Part shown: positions 34,628 through 64,000 of the stretch, piece by piece
How the letters are laid out: each line of letters opens with the position of its first letter
Position numbering within the stretch: position 1 is the stretch's first letter
NCBI RefSeq assembly: GCF_009914755.1
Contig: NC_060935.1
Length of the DNA: 64,000 bases
DNA from: the human T2T-CHM13v2.0 reference genome, Homo sapiens
Reading direction: 5' to 3' (one strand)
The notes under the pieces: generated by a model
Told to the model about the DNA's origin: nothing
Database searches by the model: none
The model's input: only the letters and a program-made list of their open reading frames with translations
Position numbers and translations under genes: made by a program

Positions 34628-35348
34628 TTTTAAACTTTAAGTTCAGGTATACATGTGCAGGTTTGTTGTGTAGGTAAACCCATGACATGGGGGTTTGTTT
34701 TACAGATTATTTCATCACCCAGGCATTAAGCCTAGTATCCATTCGTTATTTTTCCTGATCTTCGCCCTCCTCGCCACCCTCCACCCTCTCATAGGCCCCA
34801 GTGTGTGTTGTTCCCCTCTATGTGTCCATGTGTTCTCATCATTTAGTTCCCACTTATAAGTGAGAATATGCAGTTTCCTGTGTTAGTTTGCTAAGGATAA
34901 TGGCCTCTGGCTCCATCCATGTTCCTGCAAAGGATATGATCTCATTTTTTATGGCTGCATAGTATTCCATAGTGTATATGTACTGTGTTTTCTTTAAAAG
35001 TCTATCATTGATGGACATTTAGGTTGATTCCATATTTTTGCTATTGTGAATAGTGCTGCAATACACATACACGCGGTTTATATTAGATTTAGATGTAGAA
35101 TGATTTATAGTCCTTTGGGTATATACCCAGTAATGAGATTGCTGGGTTGAATGGTAGTTCTGTTTTTAGCTCTTTGAGCAATCTCCACACTGCTTTCCCC
35201 AGTGGTTGAACTAATTTACACTCCTACCAACAGTGTATGTGTTTCTTTTTCTCCATAACCTCACTAGCATCTGTTATTTTCTGACTTTTTAATAGTAGCC
35301 ATTGTGACTGGTGTGGCATGGTGTCTCATTGTGGTTTTTATTTGCAGG
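34628..35348 (-). mobile_element. L1PA 3' end
   Basis: Antisense L1 3' UTR; TSD aaattacttta at 34617-34627 and 35349-35359. Confidence 0.88.
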
Positions 35349-36139
35349 AAATTACTTTAAATGGGTTACTTTACACTTTACATAAAGTACCTTTTGTCCT
35401 TTGGTATCTTAAGTGTCCTTCTAGTTTCTGACTGTACTGCATGTAGCCCAGGTACTCAGTATAAGTACAAGCTCATGCTGCCTTGATGTGATTCAACTTT
35501 TTTCCTTTAAGACGTGACTTCTTAGCATGACAAAAATTGATTAGAAAAATAAAAAAGGAAAAAAGTGAATTCTGTGGAAATGAACATGATAAGTGACTTT
35601 TTTGCATATGTATTTTGATGACATGAATATTGGGGTGATTTTATGGGGAAATAAAGGGAAAATAAATGTAAGAGAAGAATAAGTGGGACCCAAGGGAGAC
35701 ATCTGGAGGCAGGGGATGAGATTGTTTCTCAAACTACGGGCAGACCTTTTATGTATATGCCTCACGTTTCCCCCTTTCTTCTGAGCAACATGTTTTTTTT
35801 ACCCACTACCTGTATGAAATCAGTGTGACCAATGGGCTCCTCTCTTGCATCTGGGCCTCAGAGAGCTCAGTCTTTCACAGACTTTCTGCTTGATCTCATT
35901 GGTTGTTGCTGCAACATTAGACCTAGAACCTTATCCCCATTTTACCCAGTTGCCCAATGCCACTGAGATAGTTAGTAGGAGAACCTTGAGTAGAACCCCG
36001 CTTATTAGACATGTGGTCTCATTTCTTTTCACTTCAGTTTTTCCTTAGGTGGACTTTCCTCTAATACATTTTAAAATCCTTTCAGAATGAACTAATTAGA
36101 ACATGCTCTTTTTGTATAGTTGTTAATCTTTCAACAACT

Positions 36140-36145
36140 TTTATT
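36140..36145 (-). terminator. TCN1 polyadenylation signal AATAAA
   Basis: tttatt on the + strand about 137 nt after the stop codon. Confidence 0.8.
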
Positions 36146-36281
36146 GAACATGTAGAGAGAGAAGGGGAGGTTATTAACTCTCCTGCTCGTACTGGGATAA
36201 ATGAAGAAGAAGGCATAAGGACAATAAACATGGAACTCCACTGCAAATGGATTTTATGCAGCTGAGGAAAGTTTGGGCTTA

Positions 36282-49777
<13,496 letters not shown>

Positions 49778-49799
49778 CTCTCCAACAGTGTACCAGAAT

Positions 49800-49980
49800 G
49801 TTGATGAATTGGCTGGCTATTTATTAAGTGATGGGCAGAAGGTAATGAGAGCTCCTCCTTCAGGTTGCCTCAGCCTCTTTTCACTCAAGCAAATATTGAG
49901 CAATGTCAGGAGGTGTGGTCAAGTGTATTTGTCCATGTGATGTAATAAATAAGGAAGAAGACTTGAAGGATGTGGTTAGG
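49800..49980 (-). promoter_or_regulatory. TCN1 proximal promoter (myeloid/glandular-type motifs)
   Basis: TATA-like TAATAAATA 49826-49818; C/EBP-like ATTGAGCAAT 49895-49904; TGATGTAAT 49938-49946; RUNX TGTGGT 49914-49919 and 49971-49977; ETS-like AAGGAAG 49951-49957; forkhead-like AGCAAATA 49888-49895. Confidence 0.65.
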
Positions 49981-50192
49981 GAGAATAAGGCAATAACTTT
50001 CCTTTGTCTCCTGTCCTAAACCTTCGGGTTTCATATCTATTATTTGCCTTCCGTGCAGTGAAGATATATTAGGCAAATGACTGTTTCCTATAATCTTTCC
50101 TTTTTTTTCCGTTTCACTTTATGTTTTATGTTTCCTGATAAAGTAGATTTGATCATGCAAACACATACAACATATAAAAATGGAAGTAAAAG

Positions 50193-51147
50193 AAGACATC
50201 CAAATGGGAAGCAGGCATATGAAAAAGTGCTTGAAAAGGTGCTTAACATCATTGATCATCAGATAAATGGAAATCAAAGCTACAATGAGATATCCTCTCA
50301 TCTCAGCTAAAAATGGCTTTATTCAAAACACAGGCAATAACAAATGCTGGCACGGATGTAGAGAAAAGGGAAGCCTTGTACACTGTTGGTGGGAATGTAA
50401 ATTAGTACAATCACTATGGAGAACAGTTTGGAGCTTCCTCAAAAAACTAAACATAGAGCTACCATATGATCCAGCAATCCCACTGCTGGCTATATACCCA
50501 AAAGAAAGAAGACCAGTATATTGAAGAGATATCTGCACTCCCATGTTTGTTGCAGCACTGTTTACAATAACCAAGATTTGGAAGCAAGCTAAGTGTCTAT
50601 CAACAGATAAATGAACACAGCAAATGTACATATACACAATGGAGTACTATTCAGCCATATAAAAGAATGAAATCCTGTCAGTTGTGACAAAATGGATGGA
50701 ACTGGAGATAATTATGTTAAGTGAAATAAGCCAGGCACAGAAAGACATACATTGCATGTTCTCACTTATTTGTGGGATCTAAAAATCAAAACAATTGAAT
50801 TCATAGAGATAGAGAATGAAAAGATGGTTACTGGGGGCTGGGAAGGCTAGTGGTGGGAAGGAGATGCGGAGGGTTAATGGGTACAAAATATTGGAAAGAA
50901 TGAATAAGACCTACTATTGGTAGCATAACAGGGTGACTATAGTCAATAATAATTTAATTGTACATTTTAAATAACTAATAGTATAACTGGATTGTTTGTA
51001 ACGTAAAGGATAAATGCTTGACAGGATGAATACCCCCTTCTCTATGATGTGATTATTACGCATTGCATGCCTGTATCAAAACATTTCATGAGCCCCATAA
51101 ATATATACACCTACTATGTACCTACAAAAATTGAAATAAAAAAATTT
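50193..51147 (+). mobile_element. L1 (L1MA/L1PB-type) 3' end just upstream of the TCN1 promoter
   Basis: Sense L1 ORF2 end and 3' UTR; TSD taaaaa(t/c)ggaagtaaaag at 50175-50192 and 51147-51164. Confidence 0.88.
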
Positions 51148-51457
51148 AAAAACGGAAGTAAAAGTTGTAAGTCTGAAATTGAAGCAGGCAGTATTGGAGA
51201 ACCCAGCACATGAGGGGATCTTTGGCATAGTGGTTTCCAAACTATGATTTTTCTCCTAAGATAGATTCCATGAGAGTTTCCTAACCAAGGAGGAAAACCA
51301 GAGAGCTATACATCAAATGTGAATTTCTGCCCTGCCAGGGCAGTTGCTACATGTGAGAAGTGTTGCCTATCACAGTTCTTCTGAGAACTATTAGAGAATA
51401 CTGTCAGCCTAGCTAAGGATGTCATGACTTAATGAGCCACTATTTGCATTGTACCTC

Positions 51458-51890
51458 TGTGATGGTTAATTTTCTGTGTCAACTTGACTGGCACCTGAGT
51501 GCCCAGATTAAACACTATTTCTCGATGTATCTGTGAGGGTGTTTCCAGATAGGATTAGCATTTTAATTGGTGGACTCTGGAAAGTAGAATGCCGTCTCCA
51601 ATGTAGGTGTGCATCAATCAATCTATTGAGACCCTGAATAGAATAAAATGGTGAAGGAAGGGGGAATTCACCCTTTTTTTGCTTCCTGCCAGCCTGTTTG
51701 AGCTAGGACATCTTATCTTCTCCAGCCCTCAAACTGAGATTTACACCATCGGCTCCCCTGGTTCTTGGGCTTTCAGTTTGGCCTGAATCACTCCACTGAC
51801 TTTTACTGCATGCAGACAGTAGACTGTGGGACTTCTTAGCCTCCATAAGGGCATGAATCAACTCCTTGGAATAAATCTCTTTCTCTCTCT
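51458..51890. mobile_element. MLT2-type ERVL LTR
   Basis: tgtgatggttaattttctgtgtcaacttgactgg start; cttagcctccataa...aataaatctct end. Confidence 0.8.
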
Positions 51891-51914
51891 CACATATTTA
51901 TATAAAACTTATGT

Positions 51915-54990
<3,076 letters not shown>

Positions 54991-56319
54991 AACTTGTTTT
55001 TAACAAGTCATTTCTACTTTGCTGCTTCCAACAGTGATTCTAAATTCTCATTTTACTTGAACTGATAGTTGATTACTCTCTTTTTCTTACTTCATTTGGC
55101 TGGAACACCATCCTTTTCTGGAGTTTTTCTACTTTTCTGACTCTTCCTTTTTGGCCTTTTCTTGCTACTTTCTCCTAATATATTTGACTTCTAAATGTTG
55201 CAATCTTCTAGGGTTCAGTGTCTAAAACTCTTCATTCTCCTATGTTGCTCTCATTTAATCCCAAGGCTTTAAATGACACCTATATGCTAGTGTTTCTAAA
55301 ATTTATATCTTCATATAGAACATCTTTCTAAATTTAGATTTAAATTGAGGCCTGGTCATGTGACTGTCTTGGGTCAAGATGTAGTTAGCAAATATGAAAG
55401 AGGTAGTTAGCAAATATGAAATAGGTGGAAATTTAAAAATTCCTTCTGCTTTGGGTTTTGTGTTTTGAATTCTGTGATCCACAATGTGTATAAAACTGAG
55501 CTCATGTTCTAGTTGTTATAGCTGTGACCTTCTAGAAAGGTCATATAGAGGAGAACTGAAACATGCCAGCTGTAGGCTGCCAACTACCTGACATTGAATG
55601 AAATGCCTTTAGATTATTTAGCTTTAGTTGAGCTACCAGATGACTAAAGTCACATGAATAACACTGGCCAAGACCAGTAGAAGTGCCTAGCTAAAGCTAG
55701 CCCAAGCTACTACACATAGATTTGTGAGAAAAAGATTGTTTTAAGCCACTAAGTCTTGGGGTAGTTATTTATGTGGCAGTAGAAAAATAATACACTATAC
55801 TTAGAATTTTTTCCAGTTATATAGTTCAAGCAATATTTTAATCAGCTGACCATCTATTTCATTCCCCGTTACCTCATGTTTTGTTGGATGATGTCATAAA
55901 TCACTGTGGATCAAAGCACTTCTATTGTCACTCTGATTCTGTAGACAGCTATGGTAATTTCTACAACTTGTCTTTGATGATTAGGTACTGCCATCTAATT
56001 TTGGCTAATCTGGAATCACATTATAGTGACTGAGATAATTTCAATGGCTAAATCTTTCACTGTCAATCCCAACAACTTCCCTTTACTAATTCATATGTTA
56101 ATGTCTAGTTAAGGTTGTATTCTCTGGGCTTTCCAGGAAAGAAAGAGGCCAGGTGAGCTGGAACAGATTTTGTACTTGTCTCCCTGGGGCATAATGGGAT
56201 CCAATCCTAATGATGGTTCTAGAGGCAATTTAATATTGTACATAGTAAATCTCCTTCTAAATTCTTATCTCTCTTAGCCTTTGGCCACAAATTTCTGGCA
56301 TCTCACTGAACTGAAGTAC

Positions 56320-57995
<1,676 letters not shown>

Positions 57996-59845
57996 CTGAA
58001 TTCTTAAAAATCACTGAATATAGTTGATTCTTCCTTCAAATTCTAGATACATTTTCCCCACGTTTTCTGTTGCAATATCATCAACTCTCAGCCCCGTAAT
58101 TTTTCTCCCAGTTTTTTTTTGACTCCTTCTTTGTACTCATTGCCAATCTTTTTTGAAACTTTAAATGTTGTATGACCTCAGAGCTTTGTACCTATATTAT
58201 TTCTCATGCTACACACTCTCTCTAGGTGTTCTCACCCACATTCAAACCTTCAAATAGACTAATATTTTCCCAGTTTTCACTTTTATGTTAGATTCTCTTG
58301 AGTCTCAACTTATAGCCAAATGCCTTCTCTGTAATTCTACTTGGATGTCTTATTGCAATTTAAAAACCAGCATATCCAAAATTGAATTCTTAGTTTTCCA
58401 TTGCAAACTTACTTCTTTATCAGTATAGCCATCTTTGCCATTTTAATAGCTCTGTGACCTTCAATAAATCTTTAATTTCTCTAGGTCTCCAAAATGTAGA
58501 AAATAGTTCTTATCTCCTAGGTTTTCATGAGGAGTCAATGAGTTAATATATGGAGGGTGCTTAGAGTAGTACCTGGTGCGTAATAAGCAGTACGTAATTG
58601 ATGGCTATTATTGTCTCACTAATAACCATCAACTCAGTTATACCTGCCCAAAGTCTGGTTGTTATGCCTGATACTTCTGTCTCCTTTGATCACTTAACCA
58701 ACCAACCAGAGTGACACATTCTACCTTCTGGGACCAGTCTGTCTCACCCTGCCTTCCCTGCCAATAATCTGATCAGCATTTCCAGTTTCTTGCCCTCTCC
58801 GAAATAGCTTCCACATTTGTGTGTTACTATTCACTTGTAGCCCTCTCCAAGCCATTCTCCCCCCAGCTCCTACAGCAGCACTTCTCCAACTTGAGTCATA
58901 TATGGACCACATTTAGAGAAGGAATTCTTGAGGAACACAGTTTGAAATACACTGTCTTAAGACTTTTAATCCAAGACAATGGAAGTTTTGAATTTTCTTT
59001 TGCAACAGAGATATGTTGTTATTGTGCTGATGTTTTTAAAAAATATTTTAAAATCCTCATTCCTGGTTAAATCCTTGAAGCCTTCCACTGCATTTCAAAT
59101 AAAACTCCAGACTTGAAATGTGATCTCTAAGAACAAGTACTTTCTGGCCATTTGTTAGCCACTTTCTTGACATTCTGTACTTTCGTTTGCAGCACTTATG
59201 AAAATAGCAATTAATTTTTGCAGAATTATTTCTTAACTGTGTGTATTTAATGTTTGTTTCCCTGCCTGACTGTGAACTCCTCAAAGGCAGCGATACACCT
59301 TTCTCGTTCACTATTGTGTCCTCCACGCTACCATAAAAAATGCCTATGATGTAAGAGGTTATCAAAATGTTTGCTGAAAGGAACCTCAGATCCTTAAGCC
59401 AAATGACAAATTAATAACACATACCGGTAGATAATCTCATTGGATAAATATTAGAAGGTTTTACAGGAGCAAACTAGGAAAAAAGTAAATGATAGAGGGG
59501 CCTTCCATGGAAATCAGGAGTGCCGTGGGGATGTAAACATCTGGGGTTAAAGTCAAAGTGACCCAAGCATTAAGTATGTTGTTGACATTTACCCAGAATT
59601 CCTTTATCTCATCAAGCAGATCCACTTTGAAATAATCAATATCTTTCGTTTCACTTCTCTCCATGCTAAGTAAGAGTTACGTAATTCTGATTATTTGCTT
59701 GACTTACTGAAGGCGAACATTGATGAGTGACCTAAGCACAAAGATGTTTAGTGAAACTCAGGTCCTTTCAGGCTTATTGGCAAAGCAAAACAAGTCCCTA
59801 AGAGGGTTCCCAAGGAAATCAGTAGATCTCTCCCAAGACAAGTTA

Positions 59846-59942
59846 TTAGGGTAGTGCAAAACTGATCGCGATTTTTGCCATTAAAAGTCATTGCAAATTA
59901 AAAGTAATGGCAAAAACCGAGATTACTTTTGCACAAAACTAA
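59846..59942. mobile_element. MADE1 (Hsmar1-derived MITE), longer than consensus
   Basis: TA-ttagggtagtgcaaaa...ttttgccatt...aatggcaaaaaccgagattacttttgcac...ctaa-TA; palindromic TIRs with TA target duplication. Confidence 0.85.
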
Positions 59943-61214
59943 TACTTTGTGTGGAGGACAAACGGCCCCAAGTCTGCTCCCACCTCACATGCATGGGGAC
60001 TGGAGCAAGGGTACAAGTGGAGGCACATATCATGTATATTTACATAAAAGCTTTAAATGAAGAAACTGTTAAGATATGTTATGTCTCCTATTTTGACAAA
60101 CTGACTTTCATAATGCAATAGAAAGATAGACTTTAGTCTACAATTCTCAGAGTCTAGAATCTCTAGAATTTCACATTGGAACACTGCAATGTGGTGAGAG
60201 CCACCATCTATCTCCACTGTACTACCATCCCCTGCCCATGGCCCATGGCCAAATCCTTCCTCTTGCTAACCCCACTCTGATCTGCATTGTAGGGGGCCTC
60301 AAGTGCACGTGTGTGGACACTCCAGGTGTTGTGTCCAAGCTCCGTCCATATTTCCAGCAGACAACTGCCTCTTGGCCACCATTAGGCCCAGGGCTATATA
60401 CACCTGAGAGAACTGACTCAGGGAAGGGGCTCAAGCAGCCCTTGGATGTTAAGTTCAAGGCCATTTGGGCAGGAAATTATGAAGGCTTGGGAATTGGATG
60501 GCATGTTCCTTTGTTTCAACACATTTCTTGTGCCCAGAGAAGAACATGATGGAGAAGTTCAGAGCGATACCCTCTAATGCATGGGTCCCTGAGCAGAGGC
60601 TCTTCCTTCCCAGATCTGAGGGTGATTCAAAGTGGTATGGTAGCAAACTGAATTATTCCATCTCTTTTTCTGTTATAATATGTGGGTGTGTAGAAGAAGT
60701 TAATATGGGAGGTAGATGTGACATGTTTCATTGGGTGAAGGAATTTTTATTTTATTTTTTATATCTCTTATGGGAAGGCTTTGTTTAGACTACTGATTCT
60801 GGAACTTGGCCCAATGTCATGCTAGTTGGACTGGTCTCTGTTTTCTTTTAGGTCATTCCAGATTCTCAAAAGATAATGACTAGTGGCACAGATAACATAC
60901 ATATTTTGCAAAGTTTATATTATAGATGTTGGAAGTCTCAGGAGATTATATGATGAGAAATAGGATTTGGATTCATTGTTTTATTCCTTATTGATCCATC
61001 AAAGATGTCATTTAATGAGTAGCCCCAGGCACATTTGGTTTATTATTTAAAATTATGATGTTACATTTCAGGTCAAAGGATGCTGAGAATTTATAATGTT
61101 GATGTTTTAAAAAGGATCTAATATAAAACAGATATAAATAAAATGAAAATAACTGAAAAAGAATTGGAGATCTGCCTCCCTCCTCCTTCATCAGCAGCCC
61201 TGAGGACTTCTGCT

Positions 61215-61690
61215 TAGAGTTTCTCAAAGTGTGAGCCTCCAGGAGTCACCTGGGGGCAGTTGTTTAAAAATGCAGATTCCTGGGTCTTGCCCCACTGAGT
61301 TAGACTGTGAGAATTTGCATGTTTGACAAGACCCTGCAGTGACTCATATGCATTCTTACATTTCCAGCTACAATAGATCTCAATGGACTAGATTGGGGTT
61401 AGAATACACATATTTTTAAATGGTGTTCCAGATAATTTTGAAAATTAATCTAAAATTTGGGAGCCATTGAAATAAATACTTTCTAAAGTGAACATGCCTG
61501 AGGCACAATCTCAAAGTATGATCCTGGGGTCAGCAGCATCAGCAGCACCTGGAAACTTTCAGCAATGTAAATTCTTGGCCCTTCCATTCCCAGCCCTGAA
61601 TAAGAATTTCCTGAACACAGTTCAGCTATCGGTGTATTAACAAGTGCTGCAGGTGTTTTTGATGCTGCTAAAGTTTGAAAATCATTTCCC
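61215..61690. mobile_element. Cluster of MER5A-like hAT fragments
   Basis: tttctcaaagtg...aaaatgcagattcctggg; cagcagcatcagcagcacctgg...gctaaagtttgaaaa. Confidence 0.6.
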
Positions 61691-62014
61691 AACAATTCAA
61701 TAAACATGCATTGACCTTCTGTGAACATTCTGTTCTAGGAACTTTGGAGGGCCTGAAGAAGTCACAGTTCTCAAAGATTTGTCAATGGGACTTTATTTGC
61801 AGCCTGATTTTGGTTCTGGAGTGATCAAGAGAATGTCAAGTTTCAGCAGGGAGAAAAAATTATTTCTGTGAATATAAAAATAGTGGTTTTTATAAAGAGT
61901 TTTAATTTTGTTCTTTATACTTTCTGTATTTTCCAAACATTAAGCAACTTAAATTGGCAAAAACAATACATTCCTGGAAAATATAAGCCATTGGCAAAAA
62001 GTGATTTGTAAATG

Positions 62015-62116
62015 TAGTCAGCTGGGTGTGGCAGCGGGTATAAAAGTATCAAAAGCAGGGCAGCCGCTTCCAATTTCCTGAATTTTTCAGGGGTCATTAG
62101 TTGGCAGCTGACGTCA
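62015..62116 (+). promoter_or_regulatory. OOSP-family gene core promoter and 5' UTR
   Basis: CAGCTG E-box 62019-62024, TATAAAAG 62039-62046, second CAGCTG 62105-62110 overlapping a perfect CRE TGACGTCA 62109-62116. Confidence 0.65.
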
Positions 62117-62188
62117 TGAAAGATTTTGTGAGGTTACAGTCCTCTTTCCTTTTGTGCACGATTTTGACTCTTTCTGAGCAAGAGTCAG
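62116..62188 (+). CDS. OOSP3: OOSP-family gene exon 1 coding part (putative signal peptide; absent from the ORF track)
   Basis: gtcATGaaa...TCAG|gtacaa; 73 nt, phase 1, matches the next exon; TATA box about 75 nt upstream. Confidence 0.75.
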
Positions 62189-63746
62189 GTACAAGTGACC
62201 TTTATATTTTGTTGTTTGAAGTCATAGTTTCTTAGCGGTTGTGGGCCTTTTACTGTTTGCTGTTTTGAGTGGAAGTGACTTTCCAGTATAGTTTTCTGAC
62301 TTCTGTAGTGGTATTGCTTTCTCTTGTTTGCTCTCTACCACCCCGCAAAGCAAGTGATTTATCTAGTTTATCCTAATACTTGAGAAAGAGCTAGTTTTAT
62401 TCTTCCTCTGGATTTAGGTGTTTTCTATTGTGTTTTGTCACCCTATTCACCCTACCTGTGGAAAAATATTTCTCTATTTAAGGTTTCAACTTGCTCTTCC
62501 ACCTCCCACCCTGATCTCCCACTCATAATCCTGCCACCTGCCTCCTGTCCTGCCCTGTTGCCTCCTAAGTGGTCATGAGTTAGTGATCATAAATCAGGTT
62601 GAGAAAATAAAGTTCTTCATTTTTTCTCCTTTCACTTCTTATTCTCCCTAAGTCATAAAGTTGTTATCATTAATATTAATAGTTTTATTTGCATTCCACT
62701 TACTTTTTCCATATTTTACAGTAATCTTTTCTCATCTAAACTATATATTTTTATTTATGTACAAAGTTATTGGGTAGAAATAATACATATAAAATACATA
62801 TAATTTTGTTATTTCTAGTTTTTTTTTTAAACCATGAAAATACAGTGATGAATTGCTTTATCTATAGGATATGTTTTTGTCTAAAAATGTTTTTTGGATA
62901 TGCTTCTGGTAGTAGAATTAATAGACACAAAATGAAGAAATGCTGTTGTAACACCACAGCTGTGAATGTTTTGAGTTGACAGACTTACCACACAAGGTTT
63001 TAATCTGAGACTATCTTCCTTTTGCATCATAGAAGGATACAGGGTGGAGACAGAGCAGGTGCAGATCTTCATCTTATTGGCAGGTCTAGCAGATGCCCCA
63101 GGGTACAGTTTCCCTTGTCTCTTCACCCACACGGGATGTAGATGTCTGCCAGGGATGAGAGTCAGAGGCCATAGAAGCTGCAGCTTCAGTGCCCTATCAG
63201 TCATTTACACTGGCCTAATTATGTAAACTCAAGGCCAGCACACCAGCTTGAGGCTCCCCCAATCCATGGGCAGCCCCATACAGCAAAAGAAGCAGAGACA
63301 GCATCCCATATTTAGCTTAATGTTGAACTTTTAAGGAAACAGTACTCGCAGGGAAGGAGACAGAGGTTGTTTCCAGACAGGCTTGAATGGGACTGATCCT
63401 TCATTTACAATTTTACCATTTCATCTGAGTGATCATATTGTATCTCTCAAGGCTGTTTTACAGTGGTGTATATACATATGTTTAAATATGCTATGTTCAG
63501 ACTTTCTCTGGGTGTCGTTTAGCATAAAATTGCTATCTAAATGTTTAAAAAAATTTTTTTTCAACAGTGTCAGTAGGATGTACTTCCTCTATGTTCTGGG
63601 TTGTGGCTGAACCAACTTTACTTGGTCAAGATCATATTTTGCATTCTGATGAAGCATCTCTGGGAACTGGCTGTCCTGTAACCAATGTAACTGCGAAGGG
63701 ATATGAGTTTAATTACCCTGCCACTCAGTGTGGGATTCAGAAAGAG
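62116..63746 (+). CDS. OOSP3: Oocyte secreted protein family member (PLAC1/OOSP ZP-N domain), 5' partial, first two coding exons; probably OOSP3
   Basis: Exon 62116-62188 splices in frame (G|TG=Val) to exon 63568-63746, giving MKDFVRLQSSFLLCTILTLSEQES-V-SVGCTSSMFWVVAEPTLLGQDHILHSDEASLGTGCPVTNVTAKGYEFNYPATQCGIQKE. The VxC...LGxGC...YxFxYPxxxCG pattern is typical of PLAC1/OOSP ZP-N. The OOSP cluster lies next to TCN1; the paralogue name comes from recalled synteny. Confidence 0.8.
63568..63746 (+). CDS. OOSP3: OOSP-family gene exon 2 (N-terminal part of the ZP-N domain)
   Basis: tttttttcaacag|TG TCA GTA...AAA GAG|gtaaga; 179 nt, open frame, three conserved Cys. Confidence 0.88.
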
Positions 63747-64000
63747 GTAAGAGCTGCAAGCAGTTCAAATAATAAACTAACCCCTAGGTTGTACCTTGCA
63801 GTAGTACTGTGTGTACTGTCAGTGCGAGATTTTTTTATGGCTCTTGAATTACTTTAATTTGGTACTTTCAGGATAGGAAGACCAGTGGGTACCTTGACTT
63901 GGCCATAAAATATCATGGCACATAGCCCATTGTGGAGGAGAATACTTCAACATATATAGTAGTATAACTATCCAAGCACTCTTAAGTCTTTTTTAGTCCT

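Noticed and set aside
55381-55426. 22-bp tandem duplication gtagttagcaaatatgaaa.ag
   Set aside because: Lies in an old LTR-like repeat; ordinary slippage.
59461-59664. 67-aa ATG-initiated ORF (MERSETKDIDYFKV...) in non-repeat-looking DNA
   Set aside because: No recognisable homology or promoter; length is compatible with chance. BLASTX or PhyloCSF would settle it.
62881-63226. 107-aa antisense ORF and a strong minus-strand donor (GTAAGT 62988-62983) in OOSP intron 1
   Set aside because: No matching partner exon or family similarity; a lone donor is weak evidence.

Overview
Primate (human-type) genomic DNA from the vitamin B12-binder locus on 11q12.1. It holds two complete, tandem, minus-strand 9-exon paralogues. 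CBLIF/GIF (gastric intrinsic factor) has its CDS at 28760->12779, and the spliced exons sum to 1254 nt = 417 aa + stop. TCN1 (haptocorrin/transcobalamin I) has its CDS at 49777->36282, 1302 nt = 433 aa + stop. All introns are GT-AG, with the same phase series in both genes (1,1,1,1,0,1,2,1). On the plus strand, about 12 kb upstream of TCN1 and divergent from it, are the first two coding exons of a PLAC1/OOSP-family ZP-N secreted protein gene (most likely OOSP3), which runs off the window end. The rest is dense Alu, L1, MaLR/ERVL LTR, DNA transposon and microsatellite sequence. Most ORFs in the supplied track are Alu/L1/STR artefacts or exon read-throughs. I see no new multi-gene system. The most notable oddities are a GAG 3' splice site in CBLIF, recursive-type donors at two TCN1 exon starts, a ~320-bp direct duplication bracketing the symmetric TCN1 exon 4, a young inverted copy of an old MLT1 LTR, an L1 with a probable 17-nt 3' transduction inside a triple-nested element, and an oocyte-type promoter for the poorly studied OOSP gene. 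Repeat boundaries and subfamily names are by-eye estimates.
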